DNA of 64,000 nt from Eremomyces bilateralis CBS 781.70 (lineage: Eukaryota), in NCBI GenBank assembly GCA_010015585.1, contig ML975150.1. The stretch is one strand, 5' to 3'. Under the pieces are notes generated by a model. That model did no database searches. It saw nothing but the letters and a program-made list of their open reading frames with translations, and was not told the DNA's origin. The stretch's first letter is position 1, and each line of letters opens with the position of its first letter. The translations under genes were made by a program, and so were the position numbers. This document shows positions 1-12,206 of the stretch, in pieces.

Positions 1-1685
1 TTGCAGTTCAGATGTTCCCTTACTGCCGTTGAGCTCGGATTTAGACTCATACCGCATTTGCTCTTCTTCCAAGAGCCCGCCTTTTTGCAAGCATTTGACA
101 GCACGCTTCTCCTCAATAGCCACGTCTAGTGACTCCTCCACTGCGCGAACCACATCATCGACTTTGTTTAGAGCCATTACACCGAATCCGCTGGCTGGAC
201 TGGCTCCGACCGCCCCCGCCTCCTCCTCGTCATACATAGCATCGTCGAACATCTGCTTCAGTTGAGCTTCAGCATCCGCGAACTTGTGCGCCCTCTTCAT
301 GTCCGCCACTCTCCTCGCATGCTTCTTGCGCAACTCTTCCATTTCCCGCTCACCCTGCTCGACGAACTTATCGACGCGCTTCTGCACCGAGTCCAGTTGT
401 TCACGAGTGATCTTATTATAGGCAGGAATCGGTACAAGAGGGGCATCGTCAGCACTCAGATTGAGTTGATGGTTGTCCTTGACCCTGCTCTTATCCTTTT
501 CCAGGGTTTGAGGACCGGGAGTAGCGGTGTTTAGGCCGTCGGTTATTTGCCGTAATTGTCCGCTGAGACCAAGACCAAGGTCGAGCGGCTGGATCTTCTC
601 CGCCGCGAAAGTCGAGCTGAGGATTTCATCCATCCACACGTGATGTTGCTTGTATCGCAAAACACTGATCTCCTTGGGAGTCAAGTTGTCAAGAAGGTCG
701 CCTTGGTGCGCCACGTGTTCGTCGTATAAAGCCGGATCTTGTTCAACCATTGCATTCACCGGGGCGGTTCCGCCTGGTAATTGTGCTGGTGGTTGTTGCC
801 TTGCTCGTTTCGCCGGAGGTCCCGCCACCATCGGACCCTGTGCTTGCTGGTAGTACTGTGCAGCTGCTCTTGATGGACCTGCGGGCATCTGTTGCATCAT
901 TTGATTGGGATACATGGGACCCGGAGGTACCATGCCCGGCCCCATTGCTGGGCCATGGACGAACTTCACGTCGGGCCAGTTCGCACGATCTTTGAACATG
1001 AATTCCTTCCGGACGAGATGGCCCTGTCGCTCGACCATGCGGCGTTCCTGTAGGATCGCGTTTGTGTGTGGTTGCATGGGAAGGTTCATGACCGGAATGT
1101 GGTGCTGAGGGTCGGATTGGGAATAATGGACGATCCAAAGGGACGGGTCTGGATCCGGGCCGGTCGTAGAAGGAGACTTTCCGACAAGTCGGTAGCGTTG
1201 ACGGCTGTGAGATGCGACGTTCTCACCCGGACGATACCCAAAGCGGTGAATCAGGACTTCCATCGTCTTTGTGCCATTAGCGGATGCCCCCAGCGATGAG
1301 AATGAATGGATGCTTACATAACCTCGTAGTTCCATCGAATATGTCTGTTCTTGATCGCCCCACACGTAGCCATCGCTGGCAAAACGGCTCCCCAGGCGCA
1401 TCTGCGGTTGCCAGGCAAGGAACATAGTTCCGTCCCCTGGAGGAGCAAGAAACGTCCATGCCACCGGTCGGATATCATTGATGATTGAAGGGGCCTTCAA
1501 CAAGTATTCGAAAACTTGGTCTTGAGTGATCGTCTGGTAGATAGGGAAGCTATATGCCGAAAGCAAATGGATATGGGGTAGCTAAACGATGGTTAACTTT
1601 CTCTTTCTCGTCGCGAGAGGGTGGGAGCAGGACTGCGCGGTGAACGTACCAGGCTCGCTGGAACCCTGAAACTTGGGTCTTGCAT
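1..1685 (-). CDS. ssr4: SWI/SNF and RSC complex subunit Ssr4-like (DUF1750); 3' end runs off the window start; 2 introns
   Basis: Manual translation: ATG at 1685, MQDPSFRVPASL|LPHIHLLSAYSFP...YLLKAPSIINDIRPVAWTFLAPPGDGTMFLAWQP...FASDGYVWGD...RGY|TMEVLIHRFGY...RYRL...LVRKEFM...GDLLDNLTPKEISVLRYKQHHVWMDEILSS. This matches the Ssr4 family pattern. The long last exon is absent from the ORF track because it has no stop inside the window. Confidence 0.88.
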
Positions 1686-2277
1686 TGTGACGGGTTCTGA
1701 AGAACAGTTTTGGGTATGATTTCCAATTCAGCGTCCTGCTGTCGAGGGTTGCGACAAAGTTGCGATGGGAGAGTCGCGTCCAAATGTCCCAGTTGAGGAA
1801 CTCAGAGCAGCGCGAAGCCGCGAACTAGATCGCCGAAGCACGTGACCACGCTCTAGTTGGCCTTGATGCCTTATCAGGCTCATTTAGATCGCTCCATGTC
1901 CCTCCATGTCACATCAAACTCCGGAATAGAGTCCACAGCACTGCTAACCTGATGATTGGCGGCTTGTACTGGCTTTGGTTACATTGGAACTACTGTGTAC
2001 GGCAGACGGGTAGCAATACAAGTTTTTAGTTTCACGCTTCAAACCTAACAGGTACTCACACCACGCGCCTATTATCCCCTCATATATTAGGCGTGTGGCT
2101 AGAGTAATTGGACGTGGAACATAACGCAAGCGGTCTAATTTCTGATTATGTGGTTGGAGCATACAATCCAATTCCAGCCCATGCATGTCTGTCCATACCG
2201 GTCTCCCGACTCCTTTGCAATTTTAGATCCTGATATTTCATGGTTCCTTACAGGACGCTTCTCGTCGTTCCGTTCAG

Positions 2278-3961
2278 TCATGCGGTATACGTCGAAGCCG
2301 ACACGTTTCCACCACGTCCGGTCCAGTTCACGTGGATATCCGTGTCCACCGGGTACTTTTCGTTGGCGGATTCGGGCTTGATTCGGAAGGTATGGGCGCC
2401 GAAGTAGTCACGCTGCGCCTGGAGCAAGTTGGCGGGCAGATCCTTCGTGCGGTAACCGTCGTAGAAGGAAAGCGCCGTGGAGAATGCGGGAGTGGGAATG
2501 CCCCAGAGGACGGCCTTGGCGACCACGTTGCGCCAGCCGGGCTGTGCCGTGTGGATGGCCTTGTTGAAGAAGTCGTTGAAGAGCAGGTTCTCAAGGTCAG
2601 GCTCGGCACGGTAGGCGGCGGTGATGTCCTTGAGGAAGACGGAGCGGATAATGCAGCCACCACGCCACATGAGGGCGATCTCGGGCTTGTTGAGCTTCCA
2701 CTTGTATTCTTTGGCAGCCTAGGGATCGTCAGCAGGAATCTTCCGAACGGGATGGCGATCAACTCGCATTCTGGATGAGCATGAAGCCCTGGGCATATGA
2801 AATGATCTTCGACGCATAGAGGGCTTGTTCCAGATCATCGATGAACTGTTCCCGGTCCCCGGAGAACTCAGGCGTAGGGCCGCCCAGGACCTTTGCGGCA
2901 CGACCACGCTCAGACTTGAGAGAACTCAAGCAACGAGCAAACACGGCCTCGCCAATGAGGGTGACAGGCATGCCCAGGTCCAAGGCGTTGATGGCGGTCC
3001 ATTTCCCGGTACCCTTCTGTCCGGCGGAGTCGAGGATCTTTTCGACCAAGGAGCTGCCATCGTCGTCGTTGAAGTACATGATATCTCGAGTGATCTCAAT
3101 GAGGAAAGAGTCCAGGACGCCCTTGTTCCACTTTGCGAAGACATCGCCAATTTCCTTGCTTGACATGCCCAAGCCGCGCTTCATGATATCGTAAGCCTGT
3201 GGGGGTTAGTCGGTTGCTAAAGCTGGTTCCTCGAACTCAATTGACAGAATCGGTTCATACCTCGGTGATCAGTTGCATGTCGCCGTACTCGATGCCGTTG
3301 TGGACCATCTTGACATAGTGACCAGCTCCTTCGTCGCCAACCCATTGGCAGCACGGCTCACCATCGGCTTTCGCTGAAATGTTCTGCAGGACATCCTTGA
3401 TGTACGGCCATGCCTCCTCGTTACCGCCAGGCATGATACTGGGCCCATATCGCGCACCCTCTTCGCCACCCGAGACACCGGTTCCGACGAATCGGATGCC
3501 CTTGCTATTGAGGTATTGCGTTCGGCGGGTGGTATCAGGGTAGTGGGAGTTGCCGCCATCGATAATAATATCACCAGGCTCCGCTCCTCCTTCGTTCAGG
3601 AGCAACTCGATGAAGTCGTCGACGGGCTTGCCGGCCATGACCAACAACATCATGCGCCGGGGTGTCTTGAGTTTCTGGACAAACTCCTTGATGGAGTGAG
3701 CACCAACGATGCTCTTGCCTTTGGCCTCGTTCTCCAAGAAGCGGTCGACCTTGGCGACGGTACGATTGAAAGCCACAACGGTGAATCCATGATCCGCAGC
3801 ATTGAGGATCAGGTTCTGGCCCATGACCTAGTGGAGCGTGGTATGTGGTCAGCAAAATTGGATCATCGCGGACATGATAGGACGGAATGGGGAGCGTGAC
3901 AAGAGAATTGAAGGCATACCGCGAGGCCAATGAGGCCGAAATCTCCTACGGCTTCAGTCAT
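2278..3961 (-). CDS. gnd1: 6-phosphogluconate dehydrogenase, decarboxylating; introns 3828-3919, 3197-3260 and 2719-2767 (GC-AG)
   Basis: Motifs MTEAVGDFGLIGLA|VMGQNLILN, IIDGGNSH, GVSGGEEGARYGPS, GHYVKMVHNGIEYGDMQLI, GQKGTGKW, WRGGCIIRS and QAQRDYFGAHTF. Confidence 0.98.
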
Positions 3962-4012
3962 GACGTTGGATGTCAATATGCTCGGCGGGGTATTGGAGAA
4001 TTGAGGGGCAGT

Positions 4013-4040
4013 GATCAGAGATCAGAGATCAGAGATCAGA
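4013..4040. repeat. (GATCAGA)x4 tandem repeat about 50 nt upstream of the gnd1 ATG
   Basis: gatcagagatcagagatcagagatcaga read directly from the sequence. Confidence 0.9.
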
Positions 4041-6263
4041 GGTTACGGGGTGGATATGGACTCCTGGTATAGAATATTATAATAGGATCGATCTCACAAG
4101 CTGTGTTAAGAGCACCGAAGACGATTAGAATGGGATGAAGAAGAAAGAAAATGATCTGGGAGCGATGCAGTAATGTTTGTAACCAAGTGGGTTTCGGAAG
4201 CTTCGGGGGGTGGGGGGAAGAGCCGTCCCCCAAGCCACCAGCCCGTACCAGATCATCCAGATGTGCGATGGTGTCTCAACTCCATGGAAATGCACACACT
4301 ATGGGAACCCGCCGAATTCCCACCGGATAGGCGCATTGTGGATGTGACTACCAACGAGCATTTTCTGTATCTATCAGCGTGACTTGCATATGAGGCGAAG
4401 GGATTTTGATCAACATGACATGGGCCCATGGTCAAGCTTGAGAATTGGAAGGGAGGGTTGCCCTGGGTCCTGAGTGAAGGTGTGTATCATAGGTAAATTC
4501 ATAATCCTATAATAATCCGACGAAACCAGGCGAATCATACTAGCCCAAATTCCGCGGAAGAAGCATCGCGCATGGTGACATCTCCTACAATTTCCTTTCG
4601 GGGGTTTAGAAGTTGTCCAATCGCTCCAATGGCAGGCTTCCTACATCGGACGACGGCGTGGTGCAGTAGACTCAGGGATAAGTCGGCACAGGTAAGATCT
4701 GGTAAGTACTGTAGCTTAGATCGATCGTGGGAGTTCGTTGACTGCCTGCCGAAGGACTGGAACTGAAATTGAATTTTGGCTAAAAGGAAGAATGGGAAAG
4801 AAATGCCCGCGATAACTTGCGTCCCAAAAAGGAAGCAGAGGTTCCTAGCGATTCAACCGAATGTCCCGACTGCACTGTGGATTTCTCGTCTCGACTCCAT
4901 AGCAGATCATAATGGACTCTTTCTATATTCGACTTTTGTTCATAAATATCATTTACATAATATCCGGTTTTATAATTCCGTGCAGGAACTGACGTGAATA
5001 TCGCTGGAGTTGAACGACTGAATAGTATTACGTTGACGGGTGTGTGGTGTGCAGGAAAAGGCATCAAGGCGACAAGGCGGCAATATATCTTGACACAACA
5101 AACAAGCATCCCCGGTAGGGCACGCCGTCCTCATAAAGTCTTCATGAAATCTAACCCGATTTATCTCTAGCGCTCATAAATGCTCTCATAAATACTAGCC
5201 CAATTAGGTATAGCATTACCAAATGTGGGTGCCTTAGGCACTCACATCGGTATTTGTGGATTCTACCCATTCGTAAAGCTCTCTCCAACTGTATATAGTC
5301 TTGTAATCAACATTTTCATCGCTTAAATAACCAAACCATAGCAGGAATGGACGTGTATATACATAGCTTCAATCCTCAATTCTTCATAAAGAAGGCAGGT
5401 TACATGACTCATCATGATGAATCAGCAATGCACGAGCCCATTACTGCCACCTTTTATGAGATTCCTCCGTAATTCATCATTTAATCCAGATGAGCTCATT
5501 TGGACTGCCCTAATCCCCGGATCCCCCTTGTCGTCGGCACTTACTCAGCAGCTCATCAGCACCACTAAGAAATGCCCAGCCATCCGTAAGTTCTGCCGAT
5601 GCATCTAAATTCCGAGTAGTACTCTATCTGTCCCAATTCTAATTCCCAATGAACTACAGTCATCTTACAATTTACTACCTGGCGTCCTGTATTCCGCAGC
5701 AAGGAGTCCATTCACTCCTCACTGTTGGGATGCCTTGATGTGACCAATGAGAATCCAGGTCCAGAAGTCTTGGCACTTGCCGGGGTGTCGGGCTTGCTAC
5801 ATAATCTGATATATCGACTGCGGACTGACAGGACTGACACGCTTGACTCTCGAAGCTCTCGCATGGACGCCACATCTTGTACTTGCCCTGGAATTACCGC
5901 CGACCCGCAGCATCATCCAGGACACGACTAGGCGATCAGTTGGGCGTTTTGTGCATGATACCGCCGTTTTGAAATGAAGAATCAAGTGTTAAAGTGTACC
6001 TGTCCTCCGCACTTGGCGAAATATTAAGAGCAAGGCTGTATGACTTATGAGCACGCATTGAAGATATATGGTTACGAGACCGATCGTATTTGTCTAACTA
6101 ATGGCGACATCAAGTCGAAATGCGGTCTAGCCAAGAAAAGAGAGCCCGTTCAAGGATTGTCCAACTGTCTCAGCCGTCCCAGGGCTTTCAAAGCATCTTC
6201 ATGTTGAAGAAGATCAGCCGTTTGCTTCCATCAAACAACTGGATTTGAAATGATACGCAGTGG

Positions 6264-6764
6264 CTAATTCGTAGCACTACCTGCGGCAGCAAACCGATTA
6301 ACCAAGAATTGCGCTCCCTCCTGAATGGATCCATCTGAAGTATACGCAAAATGGCCAGCGGTAACCACGAGGTTCCCATCACAAATACCATCATCCTCCC
6401 TACAGAAGACCTCCAAGTTCTCGGAGGGAAAGCCCGGAAGTTGACCGTCCTTCTGCTCGTTTTTGGTATACCCATAGAACACACCGCCGACAACCAGTTT
6501 CAAAATTGCGGCGTCTAGCTTTGGCACTGCGTTAAGCATAACAGCTGAACCCTGGGAGTAGCCGCCGAATACGATCTTCGAGTCGGGGCAGTTCTTGGCG
6601 GCTAGTTTAAACATGTCGATGCCTTCTTGGATCGCATCCGCATCTGTGCCGGCGGGGAGGGTATTCGAAGCGAGCTCAGCGCGATAGCCTCCTCCGACAC
6701 CCTGGCAGGCAACGTTTAGAGCCCCTTTCAGCGCTCCACAGAGGGGTCCTGTAGCTCATCCCAT
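6264..6764 (-). pseudogene. Cutinase (CE5) gene, 5'-truncated or disrupted
   Basis: The frame reads MG*ATGPLCGALKGALNVACQGVGGGYRAEL...GGYSQGSAV...VFCREDDGICDG...GHFAY, so the GYSQG nucleophile, Asp and His are present. There is an in-frame TGA at 6756-6758. I found no signal peptide or FARGS exon upstream. Confidence 0.7.
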
Positions 6765-7529
6765 ACCTACAATCATCGTGCCCTATTTGTCCTATTTCCT
6801 ATTCGCGGTTGCCGAGGCTGCCGAGGTCATGCCCTGGTACGTTTGTGCCAGAAGTATCTTGAAAATTTTCACTTTCAACTATTTTCGCCAGTAAAGAACT
6901 GAGGAGAGTTGCAGGATTTCTTGCCTACATAAAGTCCTAAGATCTGTCTGCGCGGGATCACTAAACAGGGGCCAATGGGGGCTATGAGACCCCGCATCGT
7001 GGCGCCCCAACCCGCCAATCCAACAGGCGCCAAGATACACTGAAACGGGATGCTGGGTCGGGATTCGAGGCCGAGACTACCCTACATAGTAATTACCCCA
7101 CTGGTTCTATAAACTCCTCAGTCCTCACGTCTGATTCTATGAATATCGATTCTGCTCCATGCTACAGTGCAGCTACGCTACATAGCAATCCTCGGGCCGC
7201 CACCAACATTGCTCCTAGCGTATCAGGAAACGTCGTGTGGATCGAAATGGGTGTGAGATAGATTACTACTGTGCATTATTTATGTACCGAGCAGTAACGT
7301 TTGTGCCTATTGGCGGACATGCCCCCTCTTCTATGGTATGGTTCTTCTGGATCGCCGAGATCGAGTCAGGCGACGCAGTGTCGAAAAGGGTCGAACATAT
7401 CGTGGACGTGTGCTCGAATCCAGAGCCTCAGAGCTATCCGAGGAAAGCTGCGCATAAAAGACGTACTTTATCCAGAGGCGCAAATTGTTTCGGACAAGAC
7501 TCGAACAAGTCATCTGCCTCGCCGATCAC

Positions 7530-8060
7530 CCTGGGAACAACCGAAGCGAACACCCGAGGAGAACGTAGTTTTGGTCGCCTTTGACGACTCCCTGTAGTTC
7601 GAGACGAACGGTGATATGACCTCTTAAATCCAGATCTGTAATCAAAGGGCACTGGTTCAATGCTAGACGTTGCTAAGTTAGGGACTTCACGACCACAACA
7701 GCAACACCCTGAACATGTAAGATATCTCCTGGGGTCAGGAATTGGGAAAATGCGGGAAGTTGTTCACTCGCAAAGATGCCCATTTGGGCCGCATTGCTGC
7801 CGAGGTACTCCATCGATGACTTGCTAGTCGTAGCCCAAGGGGGGACCCAAGATGGCAGAAACTGTGTCTGGTCACGAACCTTTGACCATATCGTAACATC
7901 TAGGCTCTTTGATACCTCGATAGCGATCCAAGCCCTATCTGTTCATATTTCTGCTGTAGATTCGGAGTAGTCCACTGCTAGCAATGAGCGCACTGCGGGG
8001 TGAAAAACATCCGTGATTCCAAGTTATAGATTTTGTCATTCATATGAAGACATGTATCTC
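7530..8060 (-). pseudogene. Decayed HET-6-like heterokaryon incompatibility gene fragment (C-terminal region)
   Basis: Manual translation across one frameshift and several stops: NDKIY/LGI...VDYSESTAEI*TDRAWIAIEVSKSLD...LPSWVPPW...GDILHVQGV...KGDQNYVLLGCS. This echoes the DKIYxLLG / VDYS / LPSWVPDW / GDxxxVLxG motif series typical downstream of HET domains. Confidence 0.55.
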
Positions 8061-9073
8061 CCTTCAAGAGCCGTCATAGTTGCTGAGGATGAACAAAAGA
8101 ATGATGGAATGAAGAAAAAGGTAGTAAGAGCTGAATTTAAGAATGAAATGCAGATTATTGATTGACTTGAATGACTGTAGCTCGACTGGCTTGGACATAT
8201 TGTGAATTCATCCAGGTTTCTTTGGCTCGTATGTAAGACAACGTTCAACACCAAAACAATGTTCACGATGTTCACCCGAGTAACCCCGTCCTAAATCATT
8301 GTGATGTGGTATGTTCTCAGAATGCATTCGTAGCCAGTCCGAACCCGTCCACTCCACGCTCTTGTGACCATTGCGCAATGCCTAGACATCGACCAACACA
8401 TCTTGCCCCCACCCACGGGCGAAGGGAGTGTGCCCCGATGGTGCAAATGGCAGAAGTCCCAACCGATGTTCTATCTAGTGGACTCTACTGAACGTCCTAG
8501 GAGCTATTGATGGAAGAAGTCATTGATGGGAGAGGTGTATCATGGTATGGGAGAGGTGAGTAATTAGTAAGAAGCAGGGTAGACGATTGGCGTGTGGCGC
8601 TGGTATTACGGAGCAAAAGGATCTAACGCTATTCCGTATATAATAAGAGCGTACATTGTAAGAGCACGTGCAAGGACTTGGCACTACGACAGGGAGGTTT
8701 AGAGGCAATTTCAGCAGCATTCAAAGTTACTCCGTAGGTACTCTGTAGATCAACAGAGATCGATATTTAGAGATAGTCTTGAACTCGAAATATTAACAGA
8801 AGTTGTCCCATCCTCCCCAAGTCCATTCGATTTCAACTTTGGACAATCTTTGGAGCCACTGGAATCCCCACGACGCGTGCCCATCGTGTTCTTCTACTCG
8901 ATTTGCCACCCTATCTACAACTACTTACATAGGTAGTTAGTCATTTCATACCGCAACCACCTCCCCGACTCCAACAATCCCATCGCTCGAGGACTCATCT
9001 ATTATAGCGGACCTGTAAGTCCCTCACAAACCGCGACACGCTCGCCACTTTCAAGGACTGCTCAATCCTCAAC

Positions 9074-10189
9074 ATGGCCCTTCCACCTCCACCAGGCGTC
9101 TCCCGACCACCGACCTCGACTACTCCACAACCGCACCCGTCTCTCCCAGCGCGACCGCCTCCGCCATCCGACCCTCTCCCCCCTCTTCGAAGTGGTGGGG
9201 CGCTGGCTGCTGGTCAGAATAAAAGCCGCAACACCAACTTCAGCACATTCACTGGCTTCAAACCACGGTCGGTCGCCAGCGCTTCGTCCGCGTCCCAGCA
9301 GCAATGGCCATCGTACACCGCGACGGCCAGTCCAGCTCCGACAACGGGGTATGCTGCGCCGCCAGTCACCCAGACCACATCCTATCAATCACCAGCGTAT
9401 GCGCAGCAGTCGTCCTACTATCCCCAACAGGCCGTGAACTACGGAGGCTCGGCAGCACCGTATACCGCTGCATACCCCCCACCAGCGCAAGCCGGCACTT
9501 TCACGCAAGCACCACTCAGCCATTCCGCGGCACCAGCCTACGAGACGGACTATGATGCGCAGGTCGCCCAATGGCAAAGCGCATACGCGCCCCGCGATGA
9601 CGGCAAGAAGCTCGGCAACGCCAACAACATCCCGCTGGGTGCCCGTGGTGGGACCGACGCCGGCGCCAGCGCGACCCCCATCGGCGTGGCGGTGCCGGCC
9701 GACCCGAACCAGAAGACGGTCGTGCGCAGCGGAGGCGGGAAGACCTGGGAGGATACCTCGTTGCTAGAGTGGGATCCGTCGCATTTCCGGCTGTTTGTCG
9801 GGAACCTCGCGGGGGAGGTGACGGACGATTCGCTGCTGAAGGCATTCGTGCGCTATCCGTCCCTGCAAAAGGGCCGGGTGGTGCGGGATAAGAAATCGAC
9901 CAAGAGCAAGGGGTACGGCTTCGTGAGCTTCAGCGATGCGGACGATTACTTTAAGGCGGCCAAGGAAATGCAGGGGAAGTATATCGGGAGTCACCCGATT
10001 CAGATCCAGCGGTGCAAGACGGATATCAAGCCCATGGCGATGGGCCAAAGGGGACGAGGCGGGCGCCACTCGGGTAGAGCAGGGGGGCGAGATCGAGATC
10101 AGAATAAGGTTGCGGGACATGCGCAAACGGGGGCAGGGGTGCAGAAGAAGCCAGCGAAGACCAAGGGCGGCTTGAAGATTTTGGGATGA
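9074..10189 (+). CDS. RBM42-like single-RRM RNA-binding protein
   Basis: 371-aa ORF with a P/Q/Y-rich N-terminus, then VRSGGGKTWEDTSLLEWDPSHFRLFVGNL (RNP2) and KSKGYGFVSF (RNP1), as in RBM42. Confidence 0.9.
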   Translation: MALPPPPGVSRPPTSTTPQPHPSLPARPPPPSDPLPPLRSGGALAAGQNKSRNTNFSTFTGFKPRSVASASSASQQQWPSYTATASPAPTTGYAAPPVTQTTSYQSPAYAQQSSYYPQQAVNYGGSAAPYTAAYPPPAQAGTFTQAPLSHSAAPAYETDYDAQVAQWQSAYAPRDDGKKLGNANNIPLGARGGTDAGASATPIGVAVPADPNQKTVVRSGGGKTWEDTSLLEWDPSHFRLFVGNLAGEVTDDSLLKAFVRYPSLQKGRVVRDKKSTKSKGYGFVSFSDADDYFKAAKEMQGKYIGSHPIQIQRCKTDIKPMAMGQRGRGGRHSGRAGGRDRDQNKVAGHAQTGAGVQKKPAKTKGGLKILG

Positions 10190-10746
10190 AGGTTGCAGCG
10201 AATCCGAGCATGTTGTCAAATCTCAAAATCCACTTCAAACGGCTACCGTGGCCCGGAAGATGCGTTGCCCATTTCGTCCGGAATGTAGATCACGCGAATG
10301 GGGACAAGCCGCGCTCAGGCGTTGCTGATAGACTGGCAGTAGATGATCAGAGTCAGGTCGGGGGTCCAAACAGAAGAGGGCGAGGATCCTGTGGTGCTGA
10401 CTACAATAAACACTAGTACACGGATCCTTGGACAAGGGGCGACCTACATGATGGCGGTTTGTGTGGATGAAGGTCACTGTAGCAAGAATTTGAGATCAGA
10501 TGAGTTAAACTCTTAGCTTCTATACTCGTAGCTTCTGATATACAAGAACAGAGATTTCTGTTTTCTTCACATATTATCAACTTCCGAACACCATCTATAT
10601 GCAATATTCCAACACATGTACGTCGACCGTCTTGGGTCATGTCTATTAGAGCGAGCCAGATTTTGGTCTCGAGAATAAATTCACAGAGATGAGGTTTAAC
10701 CCCCTTCCAATCTCATAGTCGATTGAGTAGGTGAAGGGCGGTTTGC

Positions 10747-12206
10747 CTAACACATTTTGCTCGGATTCCAGCCCACCAGTATCACTCTCGCGGCAGTCAG
10801 CACGAATCCGGCAGACAACTGAAAAACTCCCCCAAAGACCTGCATTCCTGTATACTTCCCATCCCATCTTGTCAGCAACGAGCCGCCGATCGGGTTGCTG
10901 ATGAGGGCCGCAACGGAAACGATCGCAAACATCGTTCCGGTGCGCACACCAATCCGTCGAACATCCGGAGTGATCTGTGCAATGACCGCGGGGCCCAAGC
11001 TGACAAACGCACCAGTCGAAAACCCGTACAACGCGGCGAAGACGATGATCGGCGCATTGGCACGCGCCGGCAGCCAGAGTCCCAGATCGATAATTCCGGT
11101 AAAGAAGGTGAGGACGATCAGCACGTTGTAGCGGCCAATCTTGTCACCCAGATAGCCCGGGATGACACGTCCGAAGAAGGAGGCGGCGTTGAGGATGGAG
11201 ACGAGGTAGCCGGCTAGGGACAGGGACATGTTGATGGGTGCCTGGGAAGCCTGGACGATCAGGTAGTTGATGGGAAGGAACATGCCTAAGAAGAAGAGGA
11301 AGAAACCGAAAACGGAGATAGCGAAGGGAACCTCCTTCAGCGGTTCGATAAAGTCCATGACCCTGAAAGGCTGCGGGTGCGGCGGGAGACGTGAACGGAC
11401 CGTCAAGTTGGCGATGACGAGAAGGAAGAGGATGATAAACGCGGCGATGCGCATGGTCCAACCAAAGCCCACTAGTGGAAGTAGTCGCTGGACCATGATT
11501 GGGATTACAACACCGCCGATTGACGATCCTGCTGCCGTGATGCCATAAGCGAACGCTCGTCTCTTAAAGAACCATGTTGCGACCGTGGACATGGCCGGGT
11601 AGAAGACCATGCTGGCGCCGATGGACGAGCAAATGCCTTGAGAGAGGAGGAACTGGTAGTACTTGGAAGAAATCGAGGCCATCATGAGGCCGAAGACGTG
11701 AAGAAACGTGCCAATCAGGAGAATGTATCGTGGGCCGTAGTTATCATAGGCTTTGCCGATGAAGGGACCTCCGGCAAACATCATGAACGCTTCGAGCGAG
11801 GGGATCCATGAAATCGTGCTGGCGCTGTACTCGCGCAATTGATTTTTCTGATAGTGCGCCTGGAACACCCCTATGCAGTTGATCCACCCAAAAGAGCAGA
11901 ATCTGAAGTCATGGTCAGCATCTATATCCACGTCTGCTCAAGGCAACCATATAGCACCCAAACTTACAGACAAGCGAACGCTCCGATCACCACCGTCCAT
12001 GCTTTCAAACCACCGTCGGGGAACGCTGAAGGGTCGAACGCTGCTGCTGGACCAGCCGATGGCTTCTTTTCTATTGGTACACTCGTCTCTTCATCGGATT
12101 CTTCGCGAGAATCCACATGTCGCTGTGGTGCAGTATCTTCAATATCTGTTTTCTCTAGATGATGCTTCTCTGGGTCGGAGAGCGAACTGGCAGCCGGGGA
12201 GCCCAT
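10747..12206 (-). CDS. MFS transporter, monocarboxylate porter (Mch/MCT-like) family; intron 11903-11967
   Basis: Motifs FPDGGLKAWTVVIGAFACL|FCSFGWINCIGVFQAHY, WIPS, YQFLLSQG, TWFFKRRAFAYGITAAGSSIGG and GRVIPGYLGDKIGRYN; about 12 hydrophobic segments. Confidence 0.93.

Noticed and set aside
29..1783. The many short ORF-track entries in 1-1.8 kb as separate genes
   Set aside because: They are shadow frames of the spliced ssr4 gene, whose main exon is missing from the track.
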